Shown here piece by piece: positions 31,699-40,655 of a stretch of DNA of 64,000 bases. A program made the translations under genes and the position numbers. The stretch spans positions 1,152,001-1,216,000 of the forward strand of contig OZ242214.1 of NCBI GenBank assembly GCA_965206595.1, in the 5' to 3' direction. The number at the start of each line of letters is the position of its first letter. The stretch's first letter is position 1. The notes beneath the pieces were generated by a model. It worked only from the letters and a program-made list of their open reading frames with translations, was not told where the DNA came from and did not search any database. This stretch comes from Candidatus Latescibacterota bacterium (lineage in GTDB: Bacteria > Latescibacterota > UBA2968 > UBA8231).

Positions 31699-34445
31699 AC
31701 ATCGTCGTCCTGCCAGAGCCTGAGTTGCTCGGGCTCATCGATCTCGTCGCTGAAGGCAAGACGGGCCAGGTTGTAGAGGGCTTCAAAGTCGCTCCCCGAA
31801 CCCGCAACCTCCCCTTCGAGCTCGATGCCGGAAAAAGCTCTGGATACCGGTAGCACCTCGAGGACCGCCTCGAGGGCCGCGAAGAAGCGCGGATCCTGGT
31901 CCACCAGCGTTTCGGCGAGCATTTCCCTGGCCGCGTCGAGGGTTCGAGAACGGGCCATGTTGGCGGCATGGTGGATGGCGTCGATCATGCCCCGTGAACC
32001 ATCGGGCGGACCGAGTGTACCCTTGGCCGCCCGATGGGCGCTGTCCCACAGCAGGATATCGCTGCCCTTCTTTTGCGCCAGCCGCCCGACGATGTCGTTG
32101 TCGAGATCGATACCGACGGCGCGGGCGAGCCTGAGTGCTTCGTCGTAGGAGAACGCCGGCGCACCGAAGGCGTCCCAGGCAAGCACGAAGAAGGCGGTGG
32201 GCGGGTCGAGATCGGCATTGGCCTTGAGGTGGGTCAGTTGCTCAAGACGCCAGCGCTTGACCTCCCGGCGTGCCGCGTCGAGGGCGTCTTCCGGGGTGGC
32301 GGCGTAGGGATCCCATTCCTCTTCAAACAGTTCCTGCTGAAGCCGCCGCCGGCGCTCCTCTGGTACCTCACGCGGAGTTCCCCGCTTCAACGGCCAGTGG
32401 CGCGAGAATTCTTCCAGGGCAGGACCGAAGGAAGCGAGATACAGATCGACCCCGGTAATGCCGGCCTCTTGGAATCCCTCGACTCGCGTACGAACCGCGT
32501 GGGCGACCTTCGGTTCCACGTCTTCCCAATAGACCGAGGTTGAGGTTTCGTAGACCGACGGCCCTTCGCGCACCCCTTCAGCGTATGTCTCGTCCGCACG
32601 GGGATGCCGCGGCCGGCAGGCCAGGAAGATGGTGCTGTTGGCCGCGGCCTTGTTCTTGATATGCAGGCTGCCTTCGGCCTCGGTGTTTATGGGCCAGGAC
32701 GCGGTGATAACGAAGCCCGATTGCATCAGACCGGTGGTGAGTGCGTCCCAGGCACCGGCCGCCTTGTGGGTGAACATCAAGGTCATGATGCCGTCTGGTT
32801 TCAACACCCGACGACACTCGGCGAAGATCGACGCCATTCGCTCCTGGTAGTCGCGCCCTGCGAGCGCTCGGGCGCCCTTGTGTCCTTGGAACCTCGCCGG
32901 GTTGGCGACTGCTTCGTTGTCCTTGTCGGTTAGGTGTGTGCGGAACAGCTCGGGGAAGACGTGGCCGGCAGTACGCTTGAGCCAGACGTAGAAGAAGTCG
33001 GACAGCTCGGCGTACATGACATTGTCGTAGTAGGGCGGGTCGATGATTACTGCCTCGATGCTGCCGTCCGCGATATGGTCGAGGCTGTCGCCCGGCTTAC
33101 AGGTGATGGTGATGGGGGGTGAGGTGAACTCTGCTTCATCCGCACTTTCGAACAAATCAAAGCGATCGCCCCTGGACTCCGGGCAAACCAAGGCGACGAG
33201 CTCGTTGATGCACTTGGCTGTCTTGTCGATGGCCCAGTCGTACCCGACGCCCGACACAAGAGGAGCCATTTCGGCGTAAGACCATACAAATGCGAAATCG
33301 TGTCGGTCGAAGATGGACCTGACTCGACCGGTAGTATTGTCCCAACGTCCGGCCCGACTGTTGTAGTTCAGCAAGGTATCGAGCATCAGGGCCAAGTACC
33401 CATACGCCGCTTGCCGAATCTCGTTCAGCTTTCCTGCCTCCCGATCAGCGTCGAGCATTTCGCGAAAGATCTCGACACTGGTGCCGTGGCAAAGAAGCTG
33501 GCGGGGCGAAAATAGATCACGCCATAAAGGTATGCCGTAGCGTTGCGGTTCCGTGGTCTTGTTGCCGTCGGGAATTCTCTCGCTCGGCACCATGTCCAGC
33601 GCCTCCCACTCCGGCAGCTTCTCGGCAAGTGCGGCCTCGATTTCCGCGCTGTTGTCGTCCTCGGAACGGGGCGCCCGGTACCCGCGGACCCATTTATCCT
33701 TTCCGCGCTTCCCGGATTTCAATTTCCTGGCGACGCGTTTCTTGTAGACGACCGCGAAGAGTTGCTCGCCCATCTGGCCGTCCTGGGCTTGGCGCTTGAT
33801 GTCGTCGCCGTCGATGACGCGGCCGCAATCGGAATAGGGGCACGTGCCGTCGCCGCGCGACACCGTGCCGTCCGATTGTTCTGCAGCGGACTCGACAATA
33901 TCGAAGGAGCAGACGCGGTCCTGCTTCCCAGGGCCGGCGCCGAGGTGGGGCTTTAGCCGGACCCCCATGCCTCCGGGCGCGAGCCGCCAGTTGGGTGACA
34001 GGGGCACAAGGCCATCGCAGTAAGGACAGGTGATGGTGCGCGCCCAGAGGTATCCGTCCGGCCGTGTATTGTCGCGCAGCCCGGAGCCGACGGAGGAGAG
34101 ATGGCGGCCTTGAATGGCCTGGACGAGGGAGAGGAATTCCTTCCTGCACAGGGCGGCGGCGCAGCAAAAGGCCGCCTCTCGGCACGTCTCGACCATCTGG
34201 GCCAATCCGCGCACATGATCGTCATGCCAGTGCGTCGCTACGATCAGCCTGACGGTCGTGGAGGGGTCGACCCCGATACTCTCCAGGTACCGCAGGGCAT
34301 GCGGTCGCCCGTCGGGATCGAGGCAGGAGTCAATGACGATCCAGGCGCCGTTGCCGACATGCAGGACGATGCTCTCTCCATAACCAGGACCGAAGACGGT
34401 GACCTCGAAGTCCCCGGGCCCCGGCGGCCCTTCCTCCTGAGTCAC
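31695..34445 (-). CDS. In-frame chimera: MBL-fold hydrolase N-terminus (~124 aa) fused to an N-terminally truncated DUF1156-type DNA methyltransferase
   Basis: GPGYGESI, IDSC and THWHDDH (MBL), then YLWARTITCPYC, RDLFSPRQL and IDPPYYDNVMYAELSDFFYVW; start at GTG 34445 overlapping the upstream stop. Confidence 0.85.
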   Translation of the reverse strand: MTQEEGPPGPGDFEVTVFGPGYGESIVLHVGNGAWIVIDSCLDPDGRPHALRYLESIGVDPSTTVRLIVATHWHDDHVRGLAQMVETCREAAFCCAAALCRKEFLSLVQAIQGRHLSSVGSGLRDNTRPDGYLWARTITCPYCDGLVPLSPNWRLAPGGMGVRLKPHLGAGPGKQDRVCSFDIVESAAEQSDGTVSRGDGTCPYSDCGRVIDGDDIKRQAQDGQMGEQLFAVVYKKRVARKLKSGKRGKDKWVRGYRAPRSEDDNSAEIEAALAEKLPEWEALDMVPSERIPDGNKTTEPQRYGIPLWRDLFSPRQLLCHGTSVEIFREMLDADREAGKLNEIRQAAYGYLALMLDTLLNYNSRAGRWDNTTGRVRSIFDRHDFAFVWSYAEMAPLVSGVGYDWAIDKTAKCINELVALVCPESRGDRFDLFESADEAEFTSPPITITCKPGDSLDHIADGSIEAVIIDPPYYDNVMYAELSDFFYVWLKRTAGHVFPELFRTHLTDKDNEAVANPARFQGHKGARALAGRDYQERMASIFAECRRVLKPDGIMTLMFTHKAAGAWDALTTGLMQSGFVITASWPINTEAEGSLHIKNKAAANSTIFLACRPRHPRADETYAEGVREGPSVYETSTSVYWEDVEPKVAHAVRTRVEGFQEAGITGVDLYLASFGPALEEFSRHWPLKRGTPREVPEERRRRLQQELFEEEWDPYAATPEDALDAARREVKRWRLEQLTHLKANADLDPPTAFFVLAWDAFGAPAFSYDEALRLARAVGIDLDNDIVGRLAQKKGSDILLWDSAHRAAKGTLGPPDGSRGMIDAIHHAANMARSRTLDAAREMLAETLVDQDPRFFAALEAVLEVLPVSRAFSGIELEGEVAGSGSDFEALYNLARLAFSDEIDEPEQLRLWQDDDV

Positions 34446-35050
34446 GGACTGAGCGATCGTGAGATTCGCTCCGCCCACTTCCGGCCTTCCTCAAAGTCGG
34501 CAGCAGTCATCCTGGGGAGATCCCGAAAGACTATCTGCGAGACCCGTTTCGTTCCGGATGGCGAACGTTCGTAGCCGATCACCCAGCGAAATATGTCACC
34601 CTCGCGAAGCTTCCCGGCATCATCCTCGGAAATCTCCTCCATCGGGATGGTCGCCTCCTCCGTCTCGAAAGACCTGCCCGCGGTCAGATCCACCAGCCTC
34701 GCCACGAACTCGTCCTCACCGATCTCCACTACATAGCCTTCCCATTCCTGCAACGCGTGAAGGGTTGCAGAAGGTGCCAAGCGTGGGCCCGGCTCTGGTA
34801 GAGCGACAATTCGAGAAATGGCATTGCCATCCTGCCCGGGGCCCTGCAGCACTGGCAGGGTCGCGCTGGCAGTATCCTGATCCCCTGTCCTTGTTGTCGG
34901 GGATGATCGCACGCCCTGCTCCAGGGCCAGGCTGAGCACTTGGTTGAGGTGTCGAACGGGGGGGGCTGGCAAGGCATCCTCATCGAAATCGCTGAGCCCG
35001 CCTCGGTGGTTCCCGTGTTGAGCCGCTGTAGATTGAACTGCATGAGACAT
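34442..35050 (-). CDS. Hypothetical protein with low-complexity N-terminus and beta-rich (S1/OB-like) C-terminal domain
   Basis: QEWEGYVVEIGEDEFVARLVDL...GDIFRWVIGY; 3 nt from the upstream gene and coupled to the downstream gene. Confidence 0.65.
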   Translation of the reverse strand: MSHAVQSTAAQHGNHRGGLSDFDEDALPAPPVRHLNQVLSLALEQGVRSSPTTRTGDQDTASATLPVLQGPGQDGNAISRIVALPEPGPRLAPSATLHALQEWEGYVVEIGEDEFVARLVDLTAGRSFETEEATIPMEEISEDDAGKLREGDIFRWVIGYERSPSGTKRVSQIVFRDLPRMTAADFEEGRKWAERISRSLSP

Positions 35051-35053
35051 GAA

Positions 35054-35749
35054 TCAAGCCCCCTTTGCCAAGGACATGATGTGATCGATGATGGCGTTGC
35101 TCCGGGCAAGTGATTCTTCGAAGTTGGCCTCGAAGAGTTTCATCAATCGCTCGGCGGTCCCCAACTGGGTGCCGTCGATGGCATAGTGATCGTTGACCCT
35201 GACATGGACCCCGTTTCTGCCCTCTCCGACCCGGTGGGATGGCTCCACCGTGACGTTGATCTGACCGCCATCTGGTCTGCCCCCGGGATTGACTTGTGTC
35301 ATCGTCAGGGAGGTCATCCCGCCATCCCGGCCATCGGGGCCGAGGTCGCGCCCCCAGGTGCCCCAAGGTTCAATGGGGGCCAGGGTCCTGCCGATCCGGT
35401 CCCGCTCTGAGAAGTCACGGACCCGGAAGTGAACATCCCGGTTGATTCCCAACGCCGTGACGGGCGTATGGTGCAGGTATTCCTTGAACGTCCGTGCGAC
35501 GAGGTCGCACAAGCGAACGTGCGGAGCCTGCCAGGTCTCGACGATGAATCGCTCATCGGTGACCTGGAGACGAAGCCACTCAGTGGCGAACTCCGTCACG
35601 TGTTGGCTGGCAACCCGGAGATCGGCACTCTCTGCGACACCCTCCGGCAAGAGGCCGTGCAGCGCGAACCAGGCAGGCGTGAAGATGGCGGGATTGAAAT
35701 CGCCGAGGACTACGACGGCGGCGGCGCTGATTTCCGGTTCGATCCTCAT
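35054..35749 (-). CDS. Conserved hypothetical protein (TIGR04255-like)
   Basis: VLGDFNPAIFTPAWF, HTPVTALGIN and VNDH; GGAG RBS; the family label is tentative. Confidence 0.65.
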   Translation of the reverse strand: MRIEPEISAAAVVVLGDFNPAIFTPAWFALHGLLPEGVAESADLRVASQHVTEFATEWLRLQVTDERFIVETWQAPHVRLCDLVARTFKEYLHHTPVTALGINRDVHFRVRDFSERDRIGRTLAPIEPWGTWGRDLGPDGRDGGMTSLTMTQVNPGGRPDGGQINVTVEPSHRVGEGRNGVHVRVNDHYAIDGTQLGTAERLMKLFEANFEESLARSNAIIDHIMSLAKGA

Positions 35750-35765
35750 GGTATGGGCTCTCCGG

Positions 35766-36245
35766 TCATCGCTTGGGTTCGGTCAAGAGGAAGCGCAAGG
35801 CCGTCAGCACCCGGCGCGGTTGCTTGCGATGCATGGCCATGCCCAGCCAGTACGCCGCCTCCTCCCGTTCCATTGCCTCGATTCCTTCGGTCACCGCCCG
35901 CATGTTGTCGCGGCTGCGCATAGGGGCCAGAGTGCGGAACAACAGCCCTATTGTCAGCGCCAGATCTTCGCTGAGGGCGTAGCCTCGTTTCCTTGTATCC
36001 GCATTTCCCCCGAGCTTGATACCCGACTGGGAAAGCCTCTTCAGCACCCGGTGCTCGACCAACTCGAGGTTCCGGCCCCGAAGCCCCGCAACGCGCTGGG
36101 CGGCGTTCACCTGCGGGGTGGCTTTGGTGGGGATCTGCCAGATTTCATACTCGGCATCGGCCGGGCCGTAGCCACGCACCCGCAACTCGTACCGGGGGGC
36201 TGATGCAGGTGTCTCGACCTGGGTGATTCTCTCTAACCGTGCCAT
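35766..36245 (-). CDS. Small accessory protein of the DUF499/DUF1156 system (DUF3780-position)
   Basis: 159 aa, start overlaps the DUF499 stop; EEAAYWLGMA...ALRFLL tail. Confidence 0.7.
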   Translation of the reverse strand: MARLERITQVETPASAPRYELRVRGYGPADAEYEIWQIPTKATPQVNAAQRVAGLRGRNLELVEHRVLKRLSQSGIKLGGNADTRKRGYALSEDLALTIGLLFRTLAPMRSRDNMRAVTEGIEAMEREEAAYWLGMAMHRKQPRRVLTALRFLLTEPKR

Positions 36246-39200
36246 CAGGCCTTTGCCTCCGCAGTCGCCGACACATACGCGGCGCCGCTCGCGTACCGGG
36301 AAAGGCGCTCGGTGAGCTTCTCTGCCGCGTCTCCTTGCATGGACAGACCATCGGTGAAGGTCAGCTCGAACCCCGTATTCAGGGTCTTGGCGCTGGCGTC
36401 CCGCAACTGTGGCTCGAGGAATTCCCTCACAGGCTGAGCGTCCGATACCGGGCCTCGGAACTCCAATTCGAAGGACCCACCCTCGCGGGTTTCATAACCA
36501 CCCGTAATGGTGACCATTTTGTCCGCACCGGAAACGGCACCCACGGCACCGAGCAGCCGGAAGGCGTCACCAGCCTCGAACATGCGAATGGTCAAAATCC
36601 CGATGTGCCTGACATCGTGCGCCCGCGCCTGCTCCCACAGCTGGATCAATGCTTCTTTGAGGATACCCTCTGCCGTCAAGGATTCGGGCTCCGAGCCGTC
36701 AGAATCGTCCGAGTGGTCGGAGTCGTCCGAATCGTCGGAGTCGTCAGAATCGTCGGAGTCGTCAGAATCGTCCGAATCGTCCAAGTCGTCGGAGGCGTCC
36801 AAGTCGCCCTCGGGTTTCCGCGGCCACATGCCGGCATTTTTCGCGTAAGCCATGGTAAAGATTACGGACTGCTCATCGATCAGGATGGTGGCCGATGGGT
36901 CTCCTGGGCCAAACAGCAATTCTCCCCGTTGATAGACGTATTCCCCCTGGTCGATTCCTAGCCGGACGCCGCGGATAAAGATGTCGTCACCGATCAGGGT
37001 AGGCAGTGCAGGATCGCGCCGGAACTCATCGCGCAGCGACAGCGTGGTGATCTGGCCTTTCTTGAGCGGCGTTCGGTCCCGTACATAGGACGGCGAATCC
37101 GGCTCGTCCTCGGGAAGGCGCAGTTTCCCCAGGTCTCGCAATGCCCGAACGACCTGTTGCTGCCCTGCCCCGGGTTTATCGGACGCGGAATGGACGTCGA
37201 TAGCCGAGTGGGCGAGATCGACCTCGCTGGTGCCAACCAGGTTCCGGGAAGGGTAGAAAATGTGCCGGTAGCACTGCTGAATAGCGATGGCGAGTTCATG
37301 CTCGGACCGGGCTTCCATCTCGCGCACCCGGTCCTGCTGGTGCTCCGCCAGATCAATGAGGCGGTCCGGCTTTTTCAATTCCCGCAGCGCCAGACGATGA
37401 TGGGTCTTGCGGCGCATCTCCTCCTTGCGGGCGTCGTCGGCGACCACGAACACCAAGCTGTTTCGGAGCGCTCTCAAGGCCGAACCTTCCGACCCTTTCC
37501 GCGCGAAAATCCGTTCGATCAACTCGGGTACGTCCTCGACCGCACTGCCGATGGTCACCGCGTCGTAGGCCAGGAGGACGAGTTTCGGCCGGCCGTCGCC
37601 AACCTCGTCCGGGACGTCGAACGGCCCTCCTGGGAATGACACGGCCTCGAACGTCCTGCCGCCGAATATCTCGCGGATGCGGTCGTTTAACTGAGCGCGC
37701 GCTTCCGCGGCGTCGACGTGGCGCTCTTCACGGCGGATGATCTGAACCAGATTCGCTTCGGCCAGAAAACGCATCGGAGCGCCGGGGCGGTCGTCGAGAT
37801 ATGCGGATTCGGCGATGAACTTCTTCCGCGCTTCGTCGATAAAGCTGAGATCCGTGGTTGGACCTAAAACAGAATAGAGCAACTGCTTCTGCGAAATTCC
37901 CTTCAACGGATCGTTGAAGGCGAGGGTGTGCATGAAGACGGTGCGGGCGACGTACACGGCGTACGGCGGCATGCCGCTGTGATGCGCACTGTCGATCTCC
38001 TGCGCCAACGCCTTCTTCTCGTCCGACCCGGAGGCTACGTCGTTCGAAATGGCCGGCACGTAGGCGGACTGTCCGAGGCGAGTCACGATTTCCTGGCGGA
38101 TCGGCTCGTAGCCCGGATCGATATGGTGAAGATGAATGGCAGTCGCGTCCTTGGGCTTTTCTTCCCAAAGATGCGAAACCGTGCGGGCAAGCAGCCGCAG
38201 CATTCCGCGCACCCGCTGAAAATTGCCCAGGGTTGCGGTCTTGCCTCTCAGGGTCTCCAGAACTTCCGGATGCAGTGGGTAGCTCGAAAGAAAGGTCTCG
38301 ATGGTCCCGGGCCGTGCGGCATCATCTCCCAGAGATTCCCTGTTGGCCGCCCAGAGATCCCGGTAGGCATCTGTTACCGCCGAAATCATGGTGTCATCAA
38401 TCGATTCGAACAGGCGGCGACGGAGCACCTGAACCGTCTCGTCTTCCTCGGTAGGATTCAACAGGGTCGCCTTGCGCGCAGAGACGCTTTCCGCTTCCGC
38501 CATGTGATCGGCGATGAACTGGTTTTCATCGCTGTAGGCGTCGGTTGCCCGCCCGTCCTTGCCGATGGCAAGGGTATAGACGAGGGCGGCCTTGGGCGCG
38601 CTTTCGACAGCCTTGAACAACGAGGTCAGGAAGGCCGTCAACTGGTCCCGGGCGTCTGCGAGGTTTCTCACCTTGCGCAGGTAAACCGAAAGCTCGTCGA
38701 GCAGAATCAGGGTCGGCTCGCCCCCGAACAGTTCCCGCAAGGTCTCGGCTCCAGGGGCGATGCGGCTTTCATCGCTATTGCGCACCCTCTCGTACCCGTC
38801 CTTGCCCGCCAGTGCATAGGCGATCTCGCCCCAAGGAGTGTGGGCCAGAATTCCGTCACCCATGGCCCTGCCGTTGGCCGGGTCCGCGTTTTCTCCATCG
38901 AATGCGGCGACCCGAACCTTCCCCCCCGGAAGCAGGGAAGGGTCGATGAACTCAGAAACATTCGACACACCCTGCATGCCCCGGGCGGCATGGCACAACG
39001 CTATCAGTCCGTGGGTTTTGCCACCCCCGTAAGAAGTGTCCAGCCGGAAGATCGATGCCACCTCACCGCCGGCACCGGTCAGCCTCCGGCACACATTGGC
39101 GAGCAGGTTTCTGAGGCCCCTTGTGGGATAGGTGGTGGAGAAGAAGTGTGCCGGGTCGAGATATTCGGCGTTACCGGAGCCGGTGATGACTTGGGCGAGA

Positions 39201-39286
39201 TCGGCAGCGAAGTCGGCCTCGGTAATCGCTTCCTCCAGAACATCCGAGCGGGGCCGGCATGTTTCGAATATCGTAGGGATGGTCAT
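36245..39286 (-). CDS. DUF499 AAA+ ATPase
   Basis: FAADL, FFSTTYPT, Walker A YGGGKTH, Walker B LILLDE, SYPLHP and FQRVRGMLRL. Confidence 0.93.
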   Translation of the reverse strand: MTIPTIFETCRPRSDVLEEAITEADFAADLAQVITGSGNAEYLDPAHFFSTTYPTRGLRNLLANVCRRLTGAGGEVASIFRLDTSYGGGKTHGLIALCHAARGMQGVSNVSEFIDPSLLPGGKVRVAAFDGENADPANGRAMGDGILAHTPWGEIAYALAGKDGYERVRNSDESRIAPGAETLRELFGGEPTLILLDELSVYLRKVRNLADARDQLTAFLTSLFKAVESAPKAALVYTLAIGKDGRATDAYSDENQFIADHMAEAESVSARKATLLNPTEEDETVQVLRRRLFESIDDTMISAVTDAYRDLWAANRESLGDDAARPGTIETFLSSYPLHPEVLETLRGKTATLGNFQRVRGMLRLLARTVSHLWEEKPKDATAIHLHHIDPGYEPIRQEIVTRLGQSAYVPAISNDVASGSDEKKALAQEIDSAHHSGMPPYAVYVARTVFMHTLAFNDPLKGISQKQLLYSVLGPTTDLSFIDEARKKFIAESAYLDDRPGAPMRFLAEANLVQIIRREERHVDAAEARAQLNDRIREIFGGRTFEAVSFPGGPFDVPDEVGDGRPKLVLLAYDAVTIGSAVEDVPELIERIFARKGSEGSALRALRNSLVFVVADDARKEEMRRKTHHRLALRELKKPDRLIDLAEHQQDRVREMEARSEHELAIAIQQCYRHIFYPSRNLVGTSEVDLAHSAIDVHSASDKPGAGQQQVVRALRDLGKLRLPEDEPDSPSYVRDRTPLKKGQITTLSLRDEFRRDPALPTLIGDDIFIRGVRLGIDQGEYVYQRGELLFGPGDPSATILIDEQSVIFTMAYAKNAGMWPRKPEGDLDASDDLDDSDDSDDSDDSDDSDDSDDSDHSDDSDGSEPESLTAEGILKEALIQLWEQARAHDVRHIGILTIRMFEAGDAFRLLGAVGAVSGADKMVTITGGYETREGGSFELEFRGPVSDAQPVREFLEPQLRDASAKTLNTGFELTFTDGLSMQGDAAEKLTERLSRYASGAAYVSATAEAKA
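36698..36806 (-). repeat. Degenerate 9-bp coding tandem repeat encoding (Asp-Asp-Ser)n
   Basis: About 12 units encoding DLDASDDLDDSDDSDDSDDSDDSDDSDDSDHSDDSD. Confidence 0.9.
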
Positions 39287-39525
39287 TGTTTTCGCTCTGT
39301 GGACTCGTTGGTCATCCGGCTCGGCTGCGGGTGAGATGGGTATGAAGCCGGGTGCCGGTCATCAGTCGTTGGTTCCCCCTGGCGGGTGAAAAGACGCCGG
39401 AGAATATGACATAATCTACTAATGGAAAGAACAGGAACCGTGAGAATGGAGGCGGATTTTCTTGATAATTCAGCCTCGAGACGGCACCTTTGAGAAAGCA
39501 CCCTTCACAAAATTGGAGCACTGAC

Positions 39526-40434
39526 ATGGGACTTACCGAAGAACAACTGAAGATGTTCGACAACGACGGCTTCCTGCTGCTGCGGGGCGCCCTCTCGGAC
39601 AGCGACATCGACCCCGTGATCGAGGAGTACGAGGCGCACATCGACCGGCGGGCGAACGAGCTGTTGGCAGAGGGGAAGATCGGGGATCCGCACGCCGATG
39701 CCCCGTTCGACAAGCGGCTCGCCCTGATCAACGACCAGTGTGCGGAGATCTACGACGACCTCGACATATACCGGCTGCGGGGGAAGGCGTCGTTCGAATT
39801 CCTGCTCAACGACAACCTGCTGGGTCTCGTCGAACCCATCGTAGGGCCGGAGATCACCTGCAGCCCGATTCAGCACATCCGCGGCAAGCTGCCGCACGGA
39901 ACGACCAAGGTGGGGGACGGCCACGTGGCGCCCTGGCACCAGGACGCCGGCGTGACCTGGGAAGAGGCGGATCCCCACTTCATCCTGACGGTATGGCTGC
40001 CGATAGTCCCGGCGACGCCGGAAAACGGCTGTCTCCAGATCATCCCCAGGGTGCACAAGACCGGGCTGTGGAAACACGAGACCATCCAGGGCAGGGGGAC
40101 GGTGATCGCCGAAGAGGCGATGCCCGACGTCGAACCGCTGACCCTGCCGATGGAGAAGGGGGACCTGCTGTTGATGAGCAAGGAGATCCCCCATCGCTCG
40201 ACCCCGAACCACACCGACACGGTGCGCTGGAGCATGGACCTGCGATACCAGAAGACCGGCACCCCGACCGGGCGCCCGTTCTACCCGGACTTCGTGGTGC
40301 GCAGCCGCTCGAATCTGGACTCGGTGCTGACCGATCACGGCGAGTGGGCGCGGATGTGGGCAGAGGCCCTGGCAGCTGAGGCGGCCAGGGGCGCCAGGCA
40401 TCACCGCTGGGAGGTAGTGGCGGCCAAATCGTAG
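39526..40434 (+). CDS. Phytanoyl-CoA dioxygenase (PhyH) family protein
   Basis: GGAG RBS; PWHQD, ENGCL, HRS and RWSMDLRY. Confidence 0.9.
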   Translation: MGLTEEQLKMFDNDGFLLLRGALSDSDIDPVIEEYEAHIDRRANELLAEGKIGDPHADAPFDKRLALINDQCAEIYDDLDIYRLRGKASFEFLLNDNLLGLVEPIVGPEITCSPIQHIRGKLPHGTTKVGDGHVAPWHQDAGVTWEEADPHFILTVWLPIVPATPENGCLQIIPRVHKTGLWKHETIQGRGTVIAEEAMPDVEPLTLPMEKGDLLLMSKEIPHRSTPNHTDTVRWSMDLRYQKTGTPTGRPFYPDFVVRSRSNLDSVLTDHGEWARMWAEALAAEAARGARHHRWEVVAAKS

Positions 40435-40537
40435 ACGGCACCACCCGTCGACCCTGTCGCCGGCAAGGCGCCGCCTCGAGCGGCAGGCGCCCGAGGCGGG
40501 CAACGGTTTTCACACAGCTGGACAAGGAAAACGCGGG

Positions 40538-40569
40538 AAAGGCGCGTCTCGAAATCGGGGCGCGCCTTT
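40538..40569. terminator. Hairpin between convergent genes, probable bidirectional terminator
   Basis: AAAGGCGCGTCTC...GGGGCGCGCCTTT inverted repeat with G-U pairs. Confidence 0.5.
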
Positions 40570-40655
40570 ATTCATGAGGGGCGGCCCCAGCCCCTTTCGC
40601 TTTTTACGGGAAGCCGGGTGAAATCGCCGGTATCGTCGATTCCGGCTAGGGGAAG

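Noticed and set aside
36698-36806. Repeat array as CRISPR
   Set aside because: 9-bp degenerate in-frame units with no spacers and no cas genes
28507-39286. BREX or DISARM assignment for the helicase/methylase/ATPase locus
   Set aside because: No PglZ, BrxL, DrmA or DrmB; the DUF499 + DUF1156 + PLD-SNF2 order fits the restriction-like system better
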